Source of the DNA: Planctomycetota bacterium | GTDB taxonomy: Bacteria; Planctomycetota; Phycisphaerae; Phycisphaerales; SM1A02 | Direction of reading: 5' to 3' | Assembly (NCBI GenBank): GCA_046047595.1 | Contig: JBJOHQ010000235.1 | Coordinates: 1-24,338, forward strand | Length of the DNA stretch: 24,338 nt | Shown here: piece by piece, positions 16,503-24,141 of the stretch | Position numbering within the stretch: position 1 is the first letter of the stretch | Layout of the letters: each line of letters opens with the position of its first letter | Translations under genes and position numbers: made by a program | Notes under the pieces: model-generated | Seen by the model: the letters and a program-made list of their open reading frames with translations, nothing else | What the model was told of the DNA's origin: nothing | Database searches by the model: none

Positions 16503-17417
16503 TCACTCTGCTGCTGGTGGACGGTTCGCGCGACCACCACGGCCACGCGGACGGTCGCCTGCGGCATCACCCTCTGCAGCACCGCCGCCGGCAGGAGCAG
16601 CCGATTCGCCGCCCTCATCGTTTTGGAAGAGCGCGTGTCCCGACTCCTCCGATTGGTGGAGCTTCTCAAGCGCAGCCTTTGCAGCCGCGGTGTCGCCCGC
16701 GAGGATCGCGTTCTCGATTTCAAACGCAGTCATGATCGACGCGATGATCGCCTTTCGGAAGTCGCGCTCATACGCGGCCTTGTCGTCGCCGAACTTCGCC
16801 TTCGCAGCCTCAGACATCGGAATCGATGCGATCGCGCCCTTCGAAGCGACGAGGCCCATTTGCAGGCGCTGCACCGCGTCGAGGTCGTTCTTCTGCGTCG
16901 AAGCGTCCAACGCAGAACCGCGCAGCGCACGGAACGCGCCGTTTGCTTGCTTCATTGAAGCTTCCATGTTGGGGGCACCGCCAGCGGCGCCGCCGCGGCC
17001 TTGACCGCCTTGGCCACCTTGGCCACCTTGACCGCCCATGCCGCGAAGTGCTCCGCCTTCCTTCGCGATGACTTCGAGCTCAGTGCGCTCGACAAAGCCG
17101 TCCTTGTTGGTGTCGGCGCGTTCGAAGATGCGCTCCACGAGCATCGCAGGCATTTCGTCGCGCGAGAGCTTGCCGTCGCCGTTCTGATCCATACCCATCA
17201 GGCGCTCAACCATTTGTGCGGGGTCGACTTGGCCGCCGCGCATACCAGGGCGCTGGCCGTCCTGTCCTGGTTGACCCGGCTGGCCTGGTTGATTTGGTGC
17301 ACCCTGATTTCGGCCGCCCTGATTTCCGCCGGGCGGGAACGTGCCGTCTTGCTGAGCGAGTGCGAGCGATGAGAGCGAAAGCGCGAGAAGTCCGGTGAGA
17401 ATGCGAGTGTGCTGCAT
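16503..17417 (-). CDS. Secreted EF-hand pair + cytochrome b562-like four-helix bundle fusion (304 aa)
   Basis: Signal peptide MQHTRILTGLLALSLSSLALAQ and G/Q/P linkers. EF loops DQNGDGKLSRDE and DTNKDGFVERTE. C-domain with Met (MEASMKQ) and His (SEESGHALF) at the b562 ligand positions. Confidence 0.8.
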   Translation of the reverse strand: MQHTRILTGLLALSLSSLALAQQDGTFPPGGNQGGRNQGAPNQPGQPGQPGQDGQRPGMRGGQVDPAQMVERLMGMDQNGDGKLSRDEMPAMLVERIFERADTNKDGFVERTELEVIAKEGGALRGMGGQGGQGGQGGQGRGGAAGGAPNMEASMKQANGAFRALRGSALDASTQKNDLDAVQRLQMGLVASKGAIASIPMSEAAKAKFGDDKAAYERDFRKAIIASIMTAFEIENAILAGDTAAAKAALEKLHQSEESGHALFQNDEGGESAAPAGGGAAEGDAAGDRPRGRGGRANRPPAAE

Positions 17418-17602
17418 GGTGCGCGGCTTGGGGCCGACTCCGAGATGGGGCCGCGTACGCGGCGGGGTAGAGGGATCCAATCGGACGTGTGTCGAGAGAC
17501 ACGTCGCTTCGTCGAGATTGGTTGTCGCCGCGATCAGGCGATCCTGAAGAAGCGCGGCGAAGGTGAACGCTCCGCATCGGCAGTTCATTGCGCATTCGTG
17601 TC

Positions 17603-17634
17603 AAAAAACCGCCCACCCCGCGAAGGGTGGGCGG
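17603..17634 (-). terminator. Intrinsic terminator of the diheme protein gene
   Basis: 10-bp stem CCGCCCACCC/GGGTGGGCGG, 6-nt loop, followed by TTTTTT on the minus strand. Confidence 0.85.
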
Positions 17635-17681
17635 CGAAGAACACGAAAGTGGTGCAAACTCAGGATCGAGGCGAAGTCAGG

Positions 17682-20423
17682 TTACGGGCACGCGCCCCAT
17701 GCTCCGAGAAGGATGGCAAGGTCGGCGGCGTCGGTCGTGCCGCTGCCGTCAATGTCGGTGACGCCCGCGGTTCCCCAGCCCGAGAGGAGCGCCGCAAGAT
17801 CGCCACCGTTCACGATGCCATCTGGTGTCGCGGGCGAGATGTCGCCCACGCATGCGCCGGGGACGCTCGACGCATCAGCCGGATCGCTGCCCGCGTCGAG
17901 TTCATCGCGATCGAAGAAGCCGTCGAGATCGCGGTCGATACCGAGTCGCGTCTGCGAGCCCGCGGGCACGAGCGTGTAGGTGAGTTCGCTGCCACTCGCC
18001 GCGAGCGCGAGAAGCGCTGCCGGCGAAAGCGTCGGCTCATCTGCGCGATCGGGGCGGAAGGAGCCCGCGACGAGCATCCAGCCGCGCGCTTCACCATTGA
18101 CGCGACCCTTCACGATGAGCCCGAGGCCGCCAGGGGCGCTTGCAATCGTGATGAACTGATTGATACGGGCAGTGTCATTCGCAACGCCTGTGGCTGTCGT
18201 CTGCTGACCGACACCCGCGTGCGTACCTGAATTGAACGACATGCAGAACGCTTCCATATCGCGGCGTTGTTGTTGGCCCGTTGGATTATTCGCGAAGGTG
18301 AAGCCTGTCGTGATCGAGTCTTGGAACGTGAACTTCTCGCCGTTGTGTTCGAAGCCGAAGCCGCGCAACGCCGTCGTCGACGTGTTGCTCGCGCCAACTT
18401 TGCGCCAGAGTTCGCGCAAGTGCGCGTTCTTGCGATTCTGGTTCTCGCCGCCTGGAGCTGGAATATCAACACGGTTGTTCGAGCCGATCGCGCCCGCGTG
18501 GCAAGAGATGCAGGTGAGGCCGGGCGTGCCCGGAGGACCAGCGAAGAACTGACCAGTGTTGAAGAGATTCTGGCCCGTCACCGCGTTGCCCGTCACGTTG
18601 AAACCCGTCTGCGTACCACCAAAGATTGCAACCGACGTGCGAAGCGTGTTGTCGATGTTGCGGTTTGGATTTGGCGGGAAGACGAGCGACGCGAGGTAGT
18701 TCTGGAGCGACGACATTTCTGCTGGAGAAATCTCGCTTCCGCGGCCTTGCAAGTGTGTGAACGCGACGTTGAACTCGCTGAGATCATCTTTCTCGCCGCG
18801 CCAGTGGAAGGGCTCGTTCCCGATGATGCCTTGCAAGGTTTGCGTCGTCATCGGGCCCTTCATCGGGTGCCACGAAATGCACGCGCCTGGTGCCGCGACT
18901 TGGCAAACCTCGTCAAACGCTTCGACGACGCCCGTCGGATCACCAAGGTCCCACGCGAGTCGATCGCTGCGACCATCGATGTGACAGGTCGCACACGAAA
19001 CGTGACCGAGGCCCGACGTGAGATTCGTATCGAAGAGGAATTTGCGTCCCGCGCGCACAGTGGCGGGGGTTGCGTCGTGGAAGGTCGAACGCGCGACTTC
19101 ACTCGCACCCGCAGTCGAAACAGCGCTCACCGAGCCTTCGAAACGATTGAGCGTGTAGACGAACTGGCCGTTCGGCGACATCACGATGCCGCTTGGACCT
19201 TCGCCGACGCCAATCTTTGCCAGGCGCGCGCCCGAGGGCGACATCGCGATGATGCAGTTCGTCCCAAGCGATGCGACGTACGCGGCGCTTGAGTCGGGCA
19301 TCCACGCCACGCCGCGCGGATCGCCGATCGATTGGAAACGCTCAAGTTCAGGAATCGAACTCGACGCGTAGGTGAGGTGCGGGTTGAGATCGCGCACAAC
19401 AGGCGCGGTTCCGCCCGGACCTGTGAACGCGCCGACCATCTTGGCAAAGACGCCGTCGAGTTTCGGCTCGAAGCGAATCTCGTTGCGCGCTTCGATACCA
19501 ACCGCAAGCACGGTGCCGTTCGGCGCAACGCCGATACCCGCAACGCAACTCATCAGGCTCGGCACGTAGCTCGTGGAAAGGCTCGCCGCATCGATCACGG
19601 CGATGTCGTTGTCCACAACGTCCCATGTCACGAGGTTCGACCAGTTGCGGTTGTTGTCGTCGATCCATTGGCCGAGCGCGTTCTTTCGCACGATGTGCGC
19701 GACGCGCGGCGGGAGCGGTTGTCCCGCGGTGCGCGGCGGATCGAAGGCGTTGCCAGAGTTCGGTGGCGGATTGACGCCGTTGTAGGGGCTCGCGGGGCTA
19801 TTCACGGAAGCGCGTGGGACGATCGTCGATCGATTGCCTGACTCAAAGATCGCGAGGTAGACCGTACGACCATCGGGGCTTGTCGCGAGTGCGCGCGGCG
19901 AAGCACCGGCGATGGTGGTCGTGGTGAGCGTCGGCGCGGCGGCTGCGGGATCAAACGAAACGACGCGCGAAGACATCGCAAGCGACACAAAGGCGCGCGC
20001 GGGTTTCGAGGTGAAGACGATGTCTGCGGGTTCGTCACCAACGAGGATCGTGCGTGTAACGCGCATCGTGGCGAGGTCGACAACGCTGACCGAGTCAGAG
20101 ATTTGATTGACAACCCATGCTTCGCCATTCGAGCGCGCGCGGACCGAGACGGGATCCACGCCGACCGCGACCGAGCCGCGCCGCACGGGGAGGCCGCCGA
20201 CCAAGTCGAAGACCTCGAGCTGACCGTCTGCTGTGTTGACAGCGAGGAGCGCCGAACCGTCGGGTGTCACCTCAATCGGGTGGGTCTGTGGCGACTCGAA
20301 GTTTGTGAAGTTTCCCGTCTGCGCGAGAGCGACCGATGCGGTGAGCAGGCTGAGGGCCGCGCCCACGAGGGCGGATGACGGGGAAGCGGGACGGATGGGG
20401 CGTGGGGCTCGAGGCATGGCCAT
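17682..20423 (-). CDS. Secreted YncE/YVTN beta-propeller + diheme cytochrome c peroxidase/MauG-like domain + dockerin-like tail (about 913 aa)
   Basis: Signal peptide ending ASVALAQ; propeller blades (VTPDG..LLAVN, VGVDPVSV, VGDEP, VGEGPSG). CATCH at 18981-18995 and CISCH at 18498-18512; DRDLDGFFDRDE Ca-type loop; C-terminal DG.VNGGDLAALLSGWG..DIDGSG..DAADLAILLGAWG. Confidence 0.85.
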   Translation of the reverse strand: MAMPRAPRPIRPASPSSALVGAALSLLTASVALAQTGNFTNFESPQTHPIEVTPDGSALLAVNTADGQLEVFDLVGGLPVRRGSVAVGVDPVSVRARSNGEAWVVNQISDSVSVVDLATMRVTRTILVGDEPADIVFTSKPARAFVSLAMSSRVVSFDPAAAAPTLTTTTIAGASPRALATSPDGRTVYLAIFESGNRSTIVPRASVNSPASPYNGVNPPPNSGNAFDPPRTAGQPLPPRVAHIVRKNALGQWIDDNNRNWSNLVTWDVVDNDIAVIDAASLSTSYVPSLMSCVAGIGVAPNGTVLAVGIEARNEIRFEPKLDGVFAKMVGAFTGPGGTAPVVRDLNPHLTYASSSIPELERFQSIGDPRGVAWMPDSSAAYVASLGTNCIIAMSPSGARLAKIGVGEGPSGIVMSPNGQFVYTLNRFEGSVSAVSTAGASEVARSTFHDATPATVRAGRKFLFDTNLTSGLGHVSCATCHIDGRSDRLAWDLGDPTGVVEAFDEVCQVAAPGACISWHPMKGPMTTQTLQGIIGNEPFHWRGEKDDLSEFNVAFTHLQGRGSEISPAEMSSLQNYLASLVFPPNPNRNIDNTLRTSVAIFGGTQTGFNVTGNAVTGQNLFNTGQFFAGPPGTPGLTCISCHAGAIGSNNRVDIPAPGGENQNRKNAHLRELWRKVGASNTSTTALRGFGFEHNGEKFTFQDSITTGFTFANNPTGQQQRRDMEAFCMSFNSGTHAGVGQQTTATGVANDTARINQFITIASAPGGLGLIVKGRVNGEARGWMLVAGSFRPDRADEPTLSPAALLALAASGSELTYTLVPAGSQTRLGIDRDLDGFFDRDELDAGSDPADASSVPGACVGDISPATPDGIVNGGDLAALLSGWGTAGVTDIDGSGTTDAADLAILLGAWGACP

Positions 20424-20492
20424 CGTTGGAAGATGCCTCGCAAACGGGGACACGCAAAGTTTGCGATCTTTCTAGGTTCTCGATGTCACGAA

Positions 20493-20576
20493 GTTCGAAA
20501 CTCGGGATGCCGGCATCGAGTCTCAAACTTCGAATCTCAAACTTCGAATCTCGAGCTTCGAGGCACCAACTTCGAA
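20493..20576. repeat. Heptamer/14-mer tandem array with embedded 12-bp palindrome
   Basis: TCTCAAACTTCGAA x2 from 20521, then TCTCGAGCTTCGAG and GCACCAACTTCGAA; GATGCCGGCATC palindrome at 20506-20517. Confidence 0.85.
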
Positions 20577-20617
20577 TGCCCGGCGGCGCCCGCCGCGCCA
20601 GGCTTCCGGAAGTCAGA

Positions 20618-21475
20618 TCATCCTGCCCATGCCACCAAGAAATCGGTGAGGTCGCTCGCATCGACGACGCCATCCGCGTTGAGGTCGCCGGTGCCGGCGG
20701 TTGGGCGCCCGACATTGCCCCACGCGTCGAGGAGGAGCGCGAGGTCGCTCGCGCCGACAATCCCGTTGCGATCGAGATCCGCGGGATTGATCGTACAGGT
20801 GTCAAGGACGCCGTTTTCGTCGAGATCAAGGTCGGGGTTGGCCGCGATCTCAAGTGGATCAGGAGCGTTGTCGGCGTCGCAATCGACAAGCGATGTCCAC
20901 TCCATCACCGCGGCGCGTGAGCGTGTCCCGAGATCGGGGCTCTGGAGTGCGTCGAGCCACGTCCCATCCGCGATACCCGTGCCTCGAGCGTCTTCTGTGC
21001 CCCCGAGCACGAGCGCCGCCGCGGCCCGTGCCGTTTGCGCGGGTCGACCGGCGGCCCAAGCGAATCCATCAAACGACGCGCCGTTCGTCCAAGCCCACGG
21101 GCCATTCGCCGAACGACTGCCACCGATCCAAGGTCCATCGCACTCGAATGCACCTTCGAGGTTCGCGAGCGTTCCGACGAAACTCAGGAGCGCCGTCGAG
21201 TCGATGCTGGCGAGCCGCCCGCCGAGTGTGTGCGCAAGCGCATCGGCCTCGGCGTACGACCACGGTCGATCCACGACGACGACGGCGCGGCCGTATCCAT
21301 CACCTGCTCCATCGCCAGCCCCATCACCGACCTCAAAACGCGCAGCGGCAAAGCGCTCGATGCGCGGCGGCTCGTCCTGAGCGAAGAGCGGCGTCGCGGT
21401 GAAGAGCAGCGCGGCAACGAACATCACGCGCGTGTTTTCACTGGCAATGTGGTCCTTTCGTCGCGTTCCCGGCAT
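20618..21475 (-). CDS. Secreted C-type lectin-like domain protein with dockerin-like tail (about 285 aa)
   Basis: WSYAEA......LGGRLASI, PWIGG, WAWTNG, W..G.P, GTWLD (CTLD skeleton); DCDADN..D..E / DLDENGVLD.C repeats; DLDRNG.V...DL..LL.AWG..GDLNADG.VD..DL tail. Start uncertain (21475 or 21424). Confidence 0.78.
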   Translation of the reverse strand: MPGTRRKDHIASENTRVMFVAALLFTATPLFAQDEPPRIERFAAARFEVGDGAGDGAGDGYGRAVVVVDRPWSYAEADALAHTLGGRLASIDSTALLSFVGTLANLEGAFECDGPWIGGSRSANGPWAWTNGASFDGFAWAAGRPAQTARAAAALVLGGTEDARGTGIADGTWLDALQSPDLGTRSRAAVMEWTSLVDCDADNAPDPLEIAANPDLDLDENGVLDTCTINPADLDRNGIVGASDLALLLDAWGNVGRPTAGTGDLNADGVVDASDLTDFLVAWAG

Positions 21476-21593
21476 CGGCGGGACTATCGCAGAAACCGAC
21501 GACAACTGAAAATCAACTTCGAGTTCTTTGAGAAAATCATGCGCGTCGGGGGGTCGCATTTCGGGGCCATCGACGGAAAGATCGGTCGATCGC

Positions 21594-21599
21594 TATCGT
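21594..21599 (+). promoter_or_regulatory. Candidate -10 box TATCGT, 8 nt before ATG 21608
   Basis: cgc-TATCGT-ctgcaccc-ATG; no SD. Confidence 0.5.
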
Positions 21600-21607
21600 C
21601 TGCACCC

Positions 21608-23158
21608 ATGTCGAAGGAGCGCCCCGCGACCAACACCGACGCGAGCGACACCGACGCGAGCGAGATTCACGCGATTGAGAGTCGTGCGATTGAGAGTCGT
21701 GCGATTGAGGCGAAACTCGACGACGAGAGTGATGGCGATGGTGTCGCCGCGCGATTCGGCTTGTTCCTCGGCCCGTTGCTCGCCATCGCGGCAGTGCTGG
21801 CGACACATCCAGCGGCGGGGGCGTTCGGTGCGTTTTCGGCCGACGCCTCGTGGGTCCTTGGGCTTCTCGTGTGGATGGCAACGTGGTGGGTCACGCTTGC
21901 GGTCGATCCTGCGGTGACGGGGCTCTTGCCATTTGTCGCGCTTGCCGTGCTTGGCATTGGCAAGCCAACCGAGATCGCCGCGCCCTACGCGAATGATGTC
22001 ATGTTTCTCTTCGGCGGCGGAGCGCTGCTCGCGTTGGCGCTTGATCGCGGCGGTATCTCGCGCCGGTTCGCGGAAGGACTTATCGCAATCGCGGGTACTC
22101 GGCCACTCGCGGTGCTCGCGGCAGTCATGCTGGCGACGGCCGTCCTGAGCGCATTCGTTTCAAATCTCGCGACCGCAGCCACGATGTTGCCGCTTGCGAT
22201 CGCCCTCGGCGCGCAAGCACGCGATGCGGTTGAGAGCGAATCCAAAGCGACCTTGGCAGGAGCAACGCGGTTTTCAACCTCGCTCGTACTCGGAGTTGCG
22301 TTCGGCGCGAGTATCGGCGGCGCGCTCACACCGATCGGAAGTCCGCCGAACCCTATCGCCATCGAGTGGCTTTCGAAGAACGGCGTTGAGTTGGATTTCA
22401 TCCGCTGGCTTCGATTTAGCGTGCCAACCACGCTTGTCATGCTCCCGCTCGCGATCGTCGTGCTGGGAGTCTGGCTCTTCCCAGCGACGGGCATCACGGT
22501 GCCGCGCCGCGCTGGTTCGCTCTCGCCAATTGCGCGCGATGGATGGATTGCACTCGTGGTGTTCTTGATCGCGGTCGTGGCGTGGGTTTCACGGGAGTAT
22601 TGGAGAGTTTCCGCTCCGATCGTCTCGGACGGGACCATTGCAGTTGCGGCCGCGGGGCTCCTCTTTCTTGCGCCGAGTCGAGCGCGCGCCGGTGAAGGAG
22701 TGCTTGCGCCAAGAGACTTTGCACAGGTGCCGTGGCGCGTCCTCGTCCTTTTCGGCGGGGGGCTCTGTCTCGCCGATGCCATGCAGCGCACGGGGCTCTC
22801 GGCGTCGCTCGGGGCCGTTTTCGAGGCCGCAGGAACGTTGCCGTCGCTCGGTGTGTTGGCGGTGGTGGTGGCGATACTCGTCTTTGCGAGCGAAGTCGCC
22901 TCGAACACTGCGCTCGCCGCAATGGCGGTTCCGATCGTCGGCGCGATCGCGCCGGGCCTCGGTGTCGCGCCGGAGCAACTCGTCATTCCCGCCGTCTTCG
23001 CGGCGAGTTGGGCCTTCGCGATGCCTGTTGGAACGCCGCCAAACGCGCTTGTGTTTGCATCGGGACGCGTGCAAGTGCGCGACATGATGCGCGCGGGGCT
23101 CGTCCTCGATCTCGTCGCGATCGTCGTCATCGTGGTGATGGCGAAGATCCTGCTCTGA
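21608..23158 (+). CDS. SLC13/DASS family anion (dicarboxylate/sulfate) transporter (516 aa)
   Basis: FVSNLATAATMLP and ASEVASNTA (two SNT-type motifs), TPIGSPPN, FAMPVGTPPNALVF, DMMRAG. Confidence 0.9.
   Translation: MSKERPATNTDASDTDASEIHAIESRAIESRAIEAKLDDESDGDGVAARFGLFLGPLLAIAAVLATHPAAGAFGAFSADASWVLGLLVWMATWWVTLAVDPAVTGLLPFVALAVLGIGKPTEIAAPYANDVMFLFGGGALLALALDRGGISRRFAEGLIAIAGTRPLAVLAAVMLATAVLSAFVSNLATAATMLPLAIALGAQARDAVESESKATLAGATRFSTSLVLGVAFGASIGGALTPIGSPPNPIAIEWLSKNGVELDFIRWLRFSVPTTLVMLPLAIVVLGVWLFPATGITVPRRAGSLSPIARDGWIALVVFLIAVVAWVSREYWRVSAPIVSDGTIAVAAAGLLFLAPSRARAGEGVLAPRDFAQVPWRVLVLFGGGLCLADAMQRTGLSASLGAVFEAAGTLPSLGVLAVVVAILVFASEVASNTALAAMAVPIVGAIAPGLGVAPEQLVIPAVFAASWAFAMPVGTPPNALVFASGRVQVRDMMRAGLVLDLVAIVVIVVMAKILL
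21633..21709 (+). repeat. Two in-frame 15-bp tandem repeats at the SLC13 N-terminus
   Basis: ACACCGACGCGAGCG x2 (21633-21662); GCGATTGAGAGTCGT x2 plus a partial third (21671-21709); peptide TDASD-TDASE, IESRA-IESRA-IEA. Confidence 0.9.
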
Positions 23159-23216
23159 CGACGCGTGCTCTGACCTCCTTCGGCGGCAGGAGATCTTTGG
23201 CTTGTCTGTCGTAGAC

Positions 23217-23255
23217 AAAACGACAACCGGGCGACCTTTGCAGGTCGCCCGGTTG
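23217..23255 (-). terminator. Intrinsic terminator between convergent SLC13 and PEP-CTERM genes (possibly bidirectional)
   Basis: Perfect 14-bp stem CAACCGGGCGACCT (23224-23237 / 23242-23255), GCAA tetraloop on the minus strand, then TCGTTTTG. Confidence 0.8.
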
Positions 23256-23328
23256 AGAGTTTCAAATCACCCAGCCTGAGCTGAGTTCAGTCGGTCGTTC
23301 AGCGACGACGACGGCCGGTGAGGCCCGC

Positions 23329-23889
23329 TCAGCGGCGCGAGCGACGCGTGAGGCCAACGAGGCCGAGGAGCGCGAACGCGCCTGGAGCCGGAACTGGAAC
23401 TGCGTCGATGCCGAAGAGGGTAACGGTGCCAGTCCAGGTGCCCGAGGTACCCGCAGCGCCGTAGCCGTTACCGATCCAGATCGTGCCGTCAACAGCGTTG
23501 TTGCCGGTGAAGGAGAGGGCCGACGTGAAGTTCACGGTGCCGATCGAGGTCGTGCCGGGGACCGACGAACCGCCGTTTGGCCAGAAGTAGCGCTGCGCAG
23601 CGCTGAGGTTCGAGAAGCCACCGCACTGGAGGAAACCGCCGGTCGAGAGTGGCTCGACGTCGACGTAGATGCAGAGGTCGTCGGCGTAGGTGAACGCGGT
23701 CGACGCGTCGAGCGTGACGTTGATCGCAGCGCCGGTGAAGCTACCGACGATTTGGGTCGTCGTGTAGTCAACGATCTGCGAGAAGTTGAAGCCAGTGAAG
23801 GTCTGGTTCGTGAGGGTGACGGTGATGTCAGCCGAAGCAGCCGAAACGAGGGCCGCAGCAGCGACCGTGGACGCGAGGACAGTCTTCAT
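23329..23889 (-). CDS. PEP-CTERM-type exported protein (186 aa)
   Basis: GGAG SD; signal peptide MKTVLASTVAAAALVSAASA; C-terminal VPAPGAFALLGLVGLTRRSRR. Confidence 0.9.
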   Translation of the reverse strand: MKTVLASTVAAAALVSAASADITVTLTNQTFTGFNFSQIVDYTTTQIVGSFTGAAINVTLDASTAFTYADDLCIYVDVEPLSTGGFLQCGGFSNLSAAQRYFWPNGGSSVPGTTSIGTVNFTSALSFTGNNAVDGTIWIGNGYGAAGTSGTWTGTVTLFGIDAVPVPAPGAFALLGLVGLTRRSRR

Positions 23890-24141
23890 GATTCTCTCCG
23901 AGGACAAATGGGAAAAGGGGGACACAGGACAGGTGTACCTGCCAATCGAATTTGGACATTCGACTGACAGATGTAGAGACTCAGATTTCCTACCGACAGC
24001 CATGGACATGGCTCGCCGAAGGCCCTTTTCATCCGCTCCGACGGCGAACTTGACACGGGTCAGGGTGGAAGCAAGTCACTTCGACGAGATTTCTCCAATT
24101 TTGCCTGAGTCGGGGGCAGACGTCCGATCACAACCCGCTCC

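Noticed and set aside
8524-21475. Apparent calcium theme (ChaA, EF-hands, dockerin-like loops)
   Set aside because: The genes are dispersed with separate promoters and terminators, and Ca-binding motifs are common in planctomycete secreted proteins; there is no evidence of one system.
21035-21607. 191-codon N-terminal extension of the SLC13 ORF
   Set aside because: It overlaps the lectin gene on the opposite strand; the start at 21608 has a -10 box and gives a normal DASS length.
1942-22950. HIP1-like GCGATCGC at 1942, 14963, 16828, 22196 and 22943
   Set aside because: More than naive expectation, but the whole window is rich in CG dinucleotides and TCG/GCG codons. A Markov-corrected genome-wide count would be needed, so it is not claimed.
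24050-24055. Perfect TTGACA on the + strand
   Set aside because: No -10-like hexamer at 16-18 bp spacing.
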